This document shows positions 22,601 through 32,600 of a stretch of 64,000 nt of DNA, one piece after another. The stretch covers positions 1 to 64,000 of the forward strand of contig NKIB01002172.1 in NCBI GenBank assembly GCA_002256025.1, read 5' to 3'. This DNA is from Asterionella formosa. Taxonomy: Eukaryota. Below the pieces are notes generated by a model, which ran no database searches, was not told the DNA's origin, and saw only the letters and a program-made list of their open reading frames with translations. The position numbers and the translations under genes were made by a program. Positions within the stretch are counted from its first letter, which is position 1. Every line of letters begins with the position of its first letter.

Positions 22601-25291
22601 AATCTTGAGTGATATCTTGAAACATTCCATGGCGACATTTTGCTCTGACCGTTCACAATGAATAACACCCATCAGGTGCAATACCTGAGCAACTTTGTCG
22701 TGCTTCTTTCCAAGCCTACCTTCGAAGATACGCTTAGCTTCTTCATAGCACCTCATGGCAGAATTAGTCTCTCCAAGTCCTAGATTACAAGCTCCCATAC
22801 TCAGCAAGAGGTCTGCAGATGCGACACTGGCAGTGCCGTCATAATCCATCTGTATTTTCATGGCCCTTTGGTAGATTTTGATTTCAAAATAATAGTCACC
22901 CCATTCACCAGACGACATTCCCACAATGTGTAGAGCAGAGCAAAGCTCTTGCTTCTTCACTTCTGACCCTCTAATTTTTCCAAGGAGCTGACCTGTTCGG
23001 TACAAGCATGCTACCACTTGTTGACACGCATCGAGAGCGACATCATAGCACAGCTCTGTCATTCGCCCTGGTTCCTGCTGATCAGAGATCGACTTGCTGT
23101 CACAAAGGACATCACGTTGTGCCTTCACATAGGCTCGACAATCTTGCATGTGACGACGAGTTCCAGTTGCTAATCCAATCACGTCCAGACGAGTTTGAAT
23201 AAACTCGAGACTAGTCAGCAAGGATTTGGCAATTGTGCCGTCATCTCCTCCAGCTAAAGCAATTGTTGGCAAGGCATATCGTCCGTACCAGAATTGAATA
23301 TCTTCAGCAATGACCTTGGACAAATCCTTCATCCAGACATTTTGCTTTTCAATTGAAATCGGCAAAGCAAATCCCAGCAGAACCATCTTCTCCATTTTTA
23401 CGCGCACCCATGAAGGATGTGGCAAATCCTGATCTTCTGCTCCTCGCTCATATACTTCCAAAAATTCCGATTTGACAAGCACATCATATAAAGTTAGACA
23501 CACATCATCGATCCGAAGTGGATTCAGTTTTTCCTCGTTTGCCAGGACCAACTTCCAGAGTCCTTGCACCAGCTCTAGAGGAAGCCATGATTGCTTACAA
23601 TTACTGATTTTTCTAAGAGTACTGTTGCTGTTTAACAAGTTGGGGAGTCCCAAATCTTCTGTCGAAAGATCGGCGCAAACGACGGAAAGAGTGCACAATG
23701 ATCCCCAACAAGATTCATACTCGCTCTGTAGCGATGCCTGGTGCATCACTTTGTCTAGTTTGCTCCAGTCCTTGTGAGCATGGAACGAGGAATAACGAAA
23801 ATCTGCTGGTAATAAGGAACAATCATTCGTTGCTGTTCTCAAGGATGGAGAACTTTCCCGGTTAGACGGGTCGTCTGTTGCATCAGTCCAAGAGGACGAT
23901 CGTAACAATGTGCGGCCTCGGAGTTCTGAGGCTTCGGCCAACAATCGCGTCATTTCTATTTCCAAATCACTTTCAGTTGTATTGAAAGCACTATATTTGG
24001 GAGCGTGGTTGGATTGGTCATCAAAGTAGGCATTCAAATCGTCGATGGAGTCAATAAGTGGAAGGGGCAGCCGTTCGTGAGGAACATTCACTGAGTTGGT
24101 ATTGCCAGGCACAGGTGTACATTCCGTTTCTGATACATATGGCTGGTCTGGTATAGTAAACAGCGAAGTACTGGACTCACCCAGTGCTTCTGCCATTTCT
24201 TGTTCCAACATTGTAACGCGTTGCAACCTTGCAATGTTACTTGAGCGGTCAGTTTCCGCTAAGACATAGTCATTAGACGTCAGTTCGATAGCATCTGAAC
24301 CCGAAGGAGATGAAGGAGTCCCCAAACCTTGTAATGGATCCAAAATTGTAGATGGTGGCTGAAGCGCGTCACCCCATTGGTCCAGCCCATCATGCATATT
24401 TGGTGATGGCGTCATGTTATCGCGAACTATGAAATGTAGAGTTGGCGTTGTTCTAGTATCGTCGCGAATCTCGAAGGCATCGATTTCGGGTCGACTTGAC
24501 AGGACAGATGATTCATTCGAGAAAATACTGCATTCGTCATTGTCGCTAACTTTTATCACCTGTTGATTTGTCACTATTTCCATAGGTGGCATCGTCTGCT
24601 TCGATGCTGATGTCACGGACGATACTTCAAACTCTTCGTCCATAAGGGCTTGCATAATTTCAGAATCGAGGTCATCCGTAAACATAGAAGTGCCTATTGA
24701 ATGAGACGTGTAAGAAGAGGAGCATTCGCGGTTTGGATAAATTTGGGTAGAATCTAGCGCCGGTTCCTTTGGAGATTGGGGTGGTCTTCGAGGCGCTGCA
24801 GGTACCTCAGCAGTATTGGGAACAGGAATCTGCACAAGTGAAACCACCATATTTTCCTCAGGAAAATGTATGGGAGTATTTACCACGGGAGATTCAAGAA
24901 GAGTATCGGTGGGTACAGGAGAAGTCTGTATTTCAGAAGCCATCGCAGTCACTACTGGCTCGTCGTTTGGATTTCGGCACATCGACGGCAGCTTGACCTT
25001 TCTGCTTGCTGCATGTTCGTGCAATGCTCGTCTCGCCAACCACAGTTTTCCCTTGTCTTCTGCCTCCTGCGTCAACTCCAGTACATCCTTCCGTTGGGTA
25101 AATCCGCACTCTTTCAGAAACTGCACTCCTCCAACATGGCGGACAACACGTTTGTCAAAAATGGGATTGGATACTTTCAGCTTTCGAGTTTTCTTTGTAT
25201 ATTCCTTTTCAGTGAGAATATTGTCCAGGACTTTGGCCAGTGTCACAATACATTCACTGGATTCAATGGTACTTGCTGAAGCTGCTGCCAT
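19616..25291 (-). CDS. PUB-domain protein with long C-terminal TPR array (kinesin-light-chain/NPHP3-type repeats)
   Basis: 1891-aa ORF; N-terminal TLAKVLDNIL..RKLKVSNPIF..GGVQFLKECGF fits PUB; more than 20 ~42-aa repeats of the type VAETLHNMG....A...Y.ESL.I.R..LG. Confidence 0.85.
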   Translation of the reverse strand: MAAASASTIESSECIVTLAKVLDNILTEKEYTKKTRKLKVSNPIFDKRVVRHVGGVQFLKECGFTQRKDVLELTQEAEDKGKLWLARRALHEHAASRKVKLPSMCRNPNDEPVVTAMASEIQTSPVPTDTLLESPVVNTPIHFPEENMVVSLVQIPVPNTAEVPAAPRRPPQSPKEPALDSTQIYPNRECSSSYTSHSIGTSMFTDDLDSEIMQALMDEEFEVSSVTSASKQTMPPMEIVTNQQVIKVSDNDECSIFSNESSVLSSRPEIDAFEIRDDTRTTPTLHFIVRDNMTPSPNMHDGLDQWGDALQPPSTILDPLQGLGTPSSPSGSDAIELTSNDYVLAETDRSSNIARLQRVTMLEQEMAEALGESSTSLFTIPDQPYVSETECTPVPGNTNSVNVPHERLPLPLIDSIDDLNAYFDDQSNHAPKYSAFNTTESDLEIEMTRLLAEASELRGRTLLRSSSWTDATDDPSNRESSPSLRTATNDCSLLPADFRYSSFHAHKDWSKLDKVMHQASLQSEYESCWGSLCTLSVVCADLSTEDLGLPNLLNSNSTLRKISNCKQSWLPLELVQGLWKLVLANEEKLNPLRIDDVCLTLYDVLVKSEFLEVYERGAEDQDLPHPSWVRVKMEKMVLLGFALPISIEKQNVWMKDLSKVIAEDIQFWYGRYALPTIALAGGDDGTIAKSLLTSLEFIQTRLDVIGLATGTRRHMQDCRAYVKAQRDVLCDSKSISDQQEPGRMTELCYDVALDACQQVVACLYRTGQLLGKIRGSEVKKQELCSALHIVGMSSGEWGDYYFEIKIYQRAMKIQMDYDGTASVASADLLLSMGACNLGLGETNSAMRCYEEAKRIFEGRLGKKHDKVAQVLHLMGVIHCERSEQNVAMECFKISLKIRQNNGMLNDYDAAMADTLCWIGRVYREQGFSEKAKKYFEVARDAREELFGTDSLEFAEVLHNIAVIYDDAEDFEKSLSYYRKSLKIRRAVLGEEHEDVFELITCIGNVYRSMGDNNTALKAFRRALNLRLSVAQSMKLSKSQTEALIYSHEDVLELLNQQVSISPDPDSIREEISSVLLKMGHLYDTISRFDKSLKYLEKALKIRQNVGDGIKIAQVLNVIGIAFAKRRKFSEAKDAFEQSLALRKETLGEWNNDVAETLHNMGNCAAKKGDFDDAKAYYEESLRIKRKNLGNENVSVAQTLHNLGNIMAEKGSTEAAMQYYQEALSIRVDTVGMDHLDVAYSLHCIAKIHKKKHNIKASQEFFNGSLRIKRLNLRKNHPSIAETLEQLGLLYAEIGTEDEAVACLKGALSIFKSRKAASTKVAEVYEALGNMYDRNGDESNALNNFCKALRVQIQVFGEENLKVADMYYKVGLLQKTMKLTHEALLSFQAATRGRKKVSGRNDIVIADILCEAGQLQMQVMQVEVAEKCFNEALRIRRQLLEDGHEKIGEVLLSVGDVYFANGFYENAIESVIEGLDIFKLNGSGQGMLAAGACQRLGAAYKASGSLDKAVAFYSQCLDIRSALAGHQSLLVAEINHELGVVHFARGDFTKAEELFRESVEVKVNLLGEDSLEAASTVLLLGRVCLKMNSPDEATMYFEQARLIKQLHLGDTHIECLEISRDIGHAHEVKGEFEESLSCYNSYLRTRRSAADDDEVVGDLLYSIGDLEHKLKRQDDALKSFASALVLYRALLGNDHISVAKTLFGLGRVYEAKWEYKESMKYHKEAFRLRRRLLGSEDISVAESLDKISWLYIKQPNLEKALQSMKEALRIRTLVLGKDNLEVATSLYGMGVIFNDLGDTEKAMECYTVALDIRKGKLGDGSLEVAQTLHNIGTVYAKDREYSNALSHWRQALVAYREAGFADDNHLVAITIGNINMAESYQEEQAKLHATWN

Positions 25292-26179
25292 TGTCTTCTA
25301 TCCCATTCATGTTAACTTTGATTTTTTGACTGATGCTGATTACCAGTTGCACCGACAGTCACTTGCTAAATACCGGGCCGCCGCCTGTCAATTCTTTTTC
25401 GTCATAGTTTCATACATACCAGTACACCGGTACTCGCCTGTACAGCTGCATAGACACAGACTCCTAGTAGATTATGTAGTCTAGCGGTACATCAAACCAC
25501 TCTATGATAATGATATAACCGGTAATATTTGCATCATGCTGCACACTTTCTTTTCCGTATTTTTCTACTACCGGTACAGGACATTGTAGATAAGACAGAA
25601 GCTATTTTCTCCCGAGGCGGATCGCTCATTGCTGGACACGAATAGAGAAGAACTCATTATATAATATATTGAACATTCCCCTCTTGATGATGTGTGTGGT
25701 CATTATGTCTATTTCAAAAGGGCTTAGGTATGATTCAATTCAATACCGCTACCATGGTACCGGTACAAATCAGGCATTCAACATGTGATTCACATACCGT
25801 ATAAAAGAAAGGTGATGTATCATACAGCATCAAAGCCATACATCGTCTACATAGCTATTGTTTAGAAATCATAATAATAGTGAACCAAGTGCCTGTATGA
25901 TGCGGTCAGTTCGCTTTCCTACGTAAGGAATTCGTAGAATTGACACTATGGAAAACTCATGATGACCATCACCTCCTTCCCTTCAAGTTATTTATTTCCA
26001 CATAAAACCTTTCTGCTTCAAGCAAAGGTTTGTACCGGTAGACGAAAAGGTCAATAGAAAATCATTGTTAAAAAAATCCTACTATGTCTTATGTTTTCTT
26101 AGCTAAATAAATATTATTTCATGATGCATATCATGCAACGCAAAATGAGGAGTCCAATCACCATTTCTTCTACCAGTAT

Positions 26180-27560
26180 TTCATGATTTCGGAGATTCAT
26201 CACTCATGTACCAGTATTCAGTTGAAACCTTCACAGTCTTGCCTCTGATAGCAACACAGTAATGCTAGTAACAATTCAAGTTCATCATAAAATATCATAA
26301 CTTCATACATCACCTGCATCATTGGCATGGTGTGGATTACTATGACTGTCCTACTTTGAGCTGTGTTCTTTTCACTGCCACATTGAAAATTGACAAAATG
26401 TAAGAGGTATATTGAGTTTGGATGGACTTTGAGAAGAATACTGGTATTGGTCCAAGAGACCCACATGCAATTCTTCCATGCCTTTATTGAAGTTGGAAGT
26501 ACCATCCTTTACAAAAAAATATGTTAGAACTCACTCCAACAAACCCATTGGAAGCAGAGCATCACATGTTTGAAATGACAAAGGCAGGATTCCCTAAATT
26601 TCTTGGGTCCACAGATGCTACACATGTGTCAATAGAATGATGCTTCAATTGGCTTCGGAAACAGCAAATGTCATCAAAACTTCCTTGTACAGTCAGGACA
26701 TAAAATGCTGCTGTGTATAATTGCCAAGGATAGTACCACAGGGAATCCTTGTCGATGGAATGATGAAAAATAAATCAACTTTGATACTTTTGCTCAAGGC
26801 ATCCAGAATGGTGAAGATGCCTTAAACAATGAGGAGTTTGGACTTAAAGAAAAAGATCGGAATGGAGCAGTTGTATCCATTAAGAATAGTGGATGCTTTT
26901 TGACAATTGATATCTAAAATGGTCTACAACAGTGCCTCCAACCAAAAACCCAGAAACTGAACAATAACTTACCGGTAGATGGTTTGAATGGCTGTAGTCA
27001 CTTAGAAAATATGTGGAATGTACCTTGTTTGGAATACCCAAGGGATGCTGGTGGATTTTAAAATCAGGCATCCAAATACATGGAGTAACAGAACCAGACA
27101 AGGTGTGGCTAGCATGTTGCGCATTCCATAACATATTACTTGATATTGATGGCTTTGACCTGCAATGGCAAAACGGTTATTTAAATGACTGGGAAGGACC
27201 ATTAGGCCAATTAAATGGAGCTGAAGCACCTTTTGTTATTCAAAGGCTAAATGCAGTTGCAAGAACGGCAGTCCTTGGATTAACCAGTTTGCAAACAATT
27301 GATACCTCTGAAATGGGCCCCGGTAATGATGGTGATAGACAAATTCCTGATGCAATTCGCAATTTAGTGCCTGATCCGAATGACAACTTCAATATTGAAG
27401 TGCTAACAAAGAATGTTGATACTGTTTGAGTGGTCTGGTATATAAGTTTACAGTTCTTCAAGAGTAAACTCATTGAACATTTTGATATTTTATGGAAACA
27501 AAACATGATTGTTTGACCATCACGTGTTAATGTAAGAAATGATATCCTTATTCCATAACA
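26180..27560 (+). pseudogene. Degenerate PIF/Harbinger transposase
   Basis: Fragments AGFPKFLGSTDATHV, YLKWSTTVPP, VECT-FGI-KG-W-ILK, VWLACCAFHNILLDIDG; many stops and frameshifts. Confidence 0.85.
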
Positions 27561-29240
27561 TTATTTTTTTAGAAAATATACTAGAGAATTAGTGTGACCA
27601 TAAACTAAAAATTAGGGTGGTACTGGGCACCAGGTCATCCCAATTGCCAATTGGATCTCACCTTGCAACAGGCAAGATAATTTCACCAAGCTGCTGAGTT
27701 TCAGAAGTCATATTTAATATAGCCCAGCCATTCACAGGTGAGAGGGGGCTTGAGCAGGGAATATCATCGACAACGGACTTGATGATGGCATGGCTACTCT
27801 TCTTTGAGTAATACTCATTCGCAATGTTTTCACGTTTTCTGGTTCTCTGAGAAGACAGACTGTCAATCTGGTTTGAAATAGATTCCAGTTTTCCATCAAA
27901 CATATCAAATTTGGTTTGGATGTATACAAACATTATATGTTCCAATGGGTACCTATCTAGCCTGTTCTTGCAGAAGACCTTTCATCCAATCATAAGTGCA
28001 TGCAGCAGATTGACTGAGATTAAACAATGCATTTCCCATTATTTCATTATTAATCAAAGCTTCCGATAAAGCCAGTTTTACTGCTTCGAACGGTGATGAG
28101 TCCTCAACTTTCAGCTAGCCTCTGCTTCCAATGGAGCAATCAATTGACATATCAGCACGACGGACACTTTGTTCCGCTGCAACCAATTTTCGAGCTGATG
28201 CACAGCCTGCTGATTCTTTCTTGCTATTCTCAAAGACAGACATCCTTTGTTAGCAAGAGAATAGACTTGAATTCATCTCTAGCAAATGGTCCAAACAATT
28301 TGAAACCAATCCAGCCATGAAAATAATAATCCACAGGCATTCCAACATCATCATTTAATGCCACAGCAGCACCCATGATTTCCTCCTCCTCCTCATTGTC
28401 ATCCTCATCCTCATCCACCTCCTCATCATTAGCTGGGTCGCTGTAGGGGTTCGACCCTACAGAAATCGAAACATTTTGTTTAAGACATGGTTGTCATAGT
28501 ATTCAACATTGTTCCCAGATGGCAAAGTCCCATCAGGGAGTAAAAATGCGAACCAAATGCTGAGGCCTTCTTCCATTCAGCAGGGCATGCTGAGCAATCT
28601 TCAAATGAGTTTGACCAGTAATTAAAGTAGACATTATTTTTATTCCAGTGCCTGTAAGAGATCTTGTAGTGAATTGGGACCCAACAACATGCCTGTTTTG
28701 ATAATCATGGGAATAGCAATCTTTTAAGACCAAGAAATCAAAGGCAGAAACATGATCTGCAGTTCCTGGGAGGTTGGTATTCAGCTCCTCTCTACTTCAA
28801 AGGTCTTCAAACTGACCCCTTCCCCTCAGCAGAGACTCCAAATATCCAATGCTTCCTTTCATGGATGGATCACCATGATAAAGTAGATATATTTTATTCT
28901 GAAGATTTTTGATTGTCATTGTTGGCCCTCCTGATGCATACCTTGCTTGTCCAGAACAGCAACAGCAACAGTTTGTTGCAACTCCTTTTGCCATGCAGAG
29001 GGAGAAAGAGCTTTCTTGGCTGGAGGGGGCTGGAGGGGTGCTGGTGCCATTGTTGAGGATGAGGAGCGATCAACAGATGTTATGTTCTTATTGCTGTTGC
29101 TGTGTATGGTATATATACTTGGAGTATATACCGGTAGGTATTTACGACACAATAGTTTAAGTTGGTTGCAAGACAGCAGCATCAGTCAAATTGCGGGAAT
29201 ACCGGTAACTAGTAACTAATTCCCGAATATTTCATTTATA
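26180..29240. mobile_element. Decayed Harbinger-like element: transposase (+) and convergent second ORF (-, ~27600-29070)
   Basis: Two-ORF layout typical of PIF/Harbinger; the - strand fragments are acidic and broken (DEDEDDNEEEE..YYFHGWIGFKLFGPF); subterminal sequence shared with 144-220; boundaries approximate. Confidence 0.6.
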
Positions 29241-29648
29241 CACTTCCAGCCTGTACCAGGTACAGGATACTGATTCCTTATGCCGATATGCACACCGGTA
29301 CTGGTACTCATGTGATGTATACCGGTACTCCGGAGTACCGGTTATTACAAATCATGCAAGCAATTGAGGACGGTGACAGATGCTGATGATCATTGGCAAC
29401 GACAGTTGACGTGGCATGTAGTAAATAAGGATAAGGAAAATAAAAGCTTATATACTAGCCAGGATTTCGTATTCCAATTTTTGCTGGTTTAATAATTTCT
29501 CATTTTCTTGGTTTCGATTTCTTCCGCCGATCGTCCCTTCAACAACTGGGCAGCACAGAACTGTGCTGTTTCTGATCTGATCTAGAAAAGGGAAAGTAAT
29601 TAAGGTCGCCCAGCCAAGGCACACAAACAAAATCGAAGTACCTGTAGA

Positions 29649-32600
29649 ATGAACTACATTGACATTCGAGACAACATCAACTCCACTGGCGCTGACTCTC
29701 GCGTCGAAGTAAACCAGCGTGCACTTATTGACAAGATTCTGGCCCGGTATGCTTCTGCAAACGCTGTGTACAGAGAACTACTGCAGAACTCCAACGATGC
29801 CAATGCGAAACAGGGTGAAATCTACTTCACAGTAGACGAAGGAAATGTCGTGGAGCAAGTCATGTATCGAAACGATGGCATGCCGTTTCGTCCGCAGGAT
29901 TGGTCACGCCTGAAGAAGATCGCCGAAGGCAATCCCGACCCCCGCAAGGTCGGAGCTTTTGGTGTCGGGGCATATACAATGTTCAGTATTTGCGAGGAAC
30001 CGCTGGTCATTTCGGGCACTGAAGCGCTTGCCTTTGTATGGAAGGGAGATGCGCTGTGGTGTAAAGTGGCCAAGCACAATAAAGCTACTACCGAGTGGAC
30101 ATCCTTTATTTTGCCATCGCGAGATCCGTATCCAGTACCGGATTTATGCGAATTTGGAGAGTTTTTGTGCGCATCCCTGACATTCACGCAGTCTTTAACA
30201 AGCCTCAAGGTGTTTGTCAATGGAAAACTCAGGCTGACGATTGCCAAGACTACCATTCAGGAACCAACCATTGTTGAAGCACCGAAATCCACCTCTTGGT
30301 GGAGGAACGACGGTGCCGTCACGACGACACCTCAAGGTATTTTCAGCTTAAAAAATTCCATTCTGGAATCTCGACAGCTCGTCAAGGTCACATTAGATGG
30401 CGAGTCGTCGGAGATTCAAGCTCGATACGTTTCTGGTCAGGCCAAAACGAAGATACCCCTAGATATGGTTCGTCGCATGGAACGTGTCACGAAAAAGCAA
30501 CCGCCATCAGAAGTTACCGTTCAAATTTTCATTGCCGGCGAAGAACGCCTCAAACCCACGACAAGGGCGTCACGAATCACCGCATCATTTTTACCCGAAA
30601 TGGGACATGGCCGTGTTTTTATCGGCTTTCGTACCTCGCAAACGACTGGGCTGGCGGCTCATTTAGCGGCTCCATTGGTACCGACAGTGGAAAGAGAAGC
30701 AATCGATTTACAGGATGCGACCTTGAAAGTGTACAACACAGAATTGCTTGAGTTTGCTGGAATGCTGATGCGATTGACTTTGGAACATGGAATGTCACAA
30801 ATCGGTCAAGAATGGGTCGCTGGTTCTGTGGAACGAGAAAAGTTGGAAGCCAAATTGTTGAAGGAAGCAGAAGAGCAATCGAAAAAAAAGCAACCATTAA
30901 TTAAACCTGTTGTTCCCGAAGTGCAAAAGGACGAGAAGGAATCTTCTGGGGGCTTTCTGTCCTTCGCAAAGTTTATGGCAAAGGGTGTTACTAAACAGAT
31001 CGTGAATGTGCTGAGTACTGTTGACTCATTGCTAGTAGAAGACTTTCTCTTGAACCCTCGCGATCCCTTGCCATTGACTGAGGAAGAAAGACACGCCATT
31101 TTGCTCATGCGATCATTTTGCCCCCAACAATCGACTCCTGATACACACGTTGGAATAGCGCTAGCGCAGGGGTTTTCCAGATGTCTTCCAAATATTCCAC
31201 CACCAGTACTAACCAAGTCGGGAGTCATTCGAGGCGATCAGGCAAGATTACCGCAGCATGGAATGGAATATTTTATTAAGCATAATGTCGTTCGAAATGT
31301 TGTTTTCATGAATGCAGAAGAGTATCATCAATTACTTGGAGGCTGTCGCAGGTTAAATTTAGAGGATCTGCTCAGCTATCTATCAGATCAAATCTTGAAC
31401 GAAGAAGATGTAGTGCGAATGATTCAATGGTGGCCTAGATTTGTCAGAACCGATACGAGGGCTGCAGGAAGAGGTGGGCTGCTGAAAGAGAGGATCCGAT
31501 TCTATCCAAAAGCGGCAGCTGGAAACGATGTTATCAAGGTGACAACTCTTGATTCATATATCTACTATGTAGACGACAAGAAAATCCCCAAGGGGTTGCC
31601 GCTTCCAGAAACAAGTTTACCACCTGAGCTACAGGAAGAAATTGGAATCCGAGTCTTGACAGATAGTGCCCTTGCTGGTTGGTTCCTCGATATGTCGATC
31701 GATGTTTGGGCCGACTTTATATCCAATCATCAATGCATAATTTCTGGGCGACCAGAAGATGAAAAACTCCGTTTGTCAGTGCTGACTGCACTGTGCAAGG
31801 AATACTATCGGAGGACACAGCACGACAGACTGCAATTCGGCCTTTTCATGCAGCGATTGCTTTCGGACAAACGTTGTCTACCCTTCGATTCATCGGAGCC
31901 TAGTCAATTTGCGACTGAAAGACCCGTAGATTTATACTTGAACTCTACTGAGCTCAAAGCCTTTGATGGCATTGGATCCTTCAACAAAGTGTCACTGTCA
32001 CTGAAAGATGCAGGTGTGACAGACGACTTCTTGCTGATATTGGGAGTACGAAAAAGCGTTGCGATTGATTTCCTTTTCTCTAACCTTGAAAACCTACGAT
32101 GGAGTGACGACCCAAAACCAATGATTGAATATCTCCGAAGCGCTAGTTTGACAGCGGCTGATATGGACAAGCTTAAGACTTCACAGTATTTACCCGCCGA
32201 GAATGATGTTAGTAGAACATTTTCACCGCAAGAGCTCTATCTGCCAAACTCAGACCTTCGTATCTTCACGTTTGTCAAACTCCTTCAGTGGCCGTCTCAG
32301 GATGATTTAACAGAACGATCCGGAAACGGTCAGTTCTTGATTAGGCTAGGGTGCCTTACTCACCCTCCATTATCGACCATGCTGCAATATTTGGCTGAAA
32401 AGGTGGATGACGAGCAGATACGAATTCGAGCGCTCGACTACATTGTGAAAAACCTAGGTCCAAACGGCGTTTACGAAAGCAACTATTCTCGACTGAAATC
32501 CAATACATTGTTACAGCTGAGGTTCCTGCCTTGTCTATTGAAAGATCCCTTGGTTTCAGCAAGTCAAAAGCGTGAAATACATTCCCCATTGTCTTGCTAC

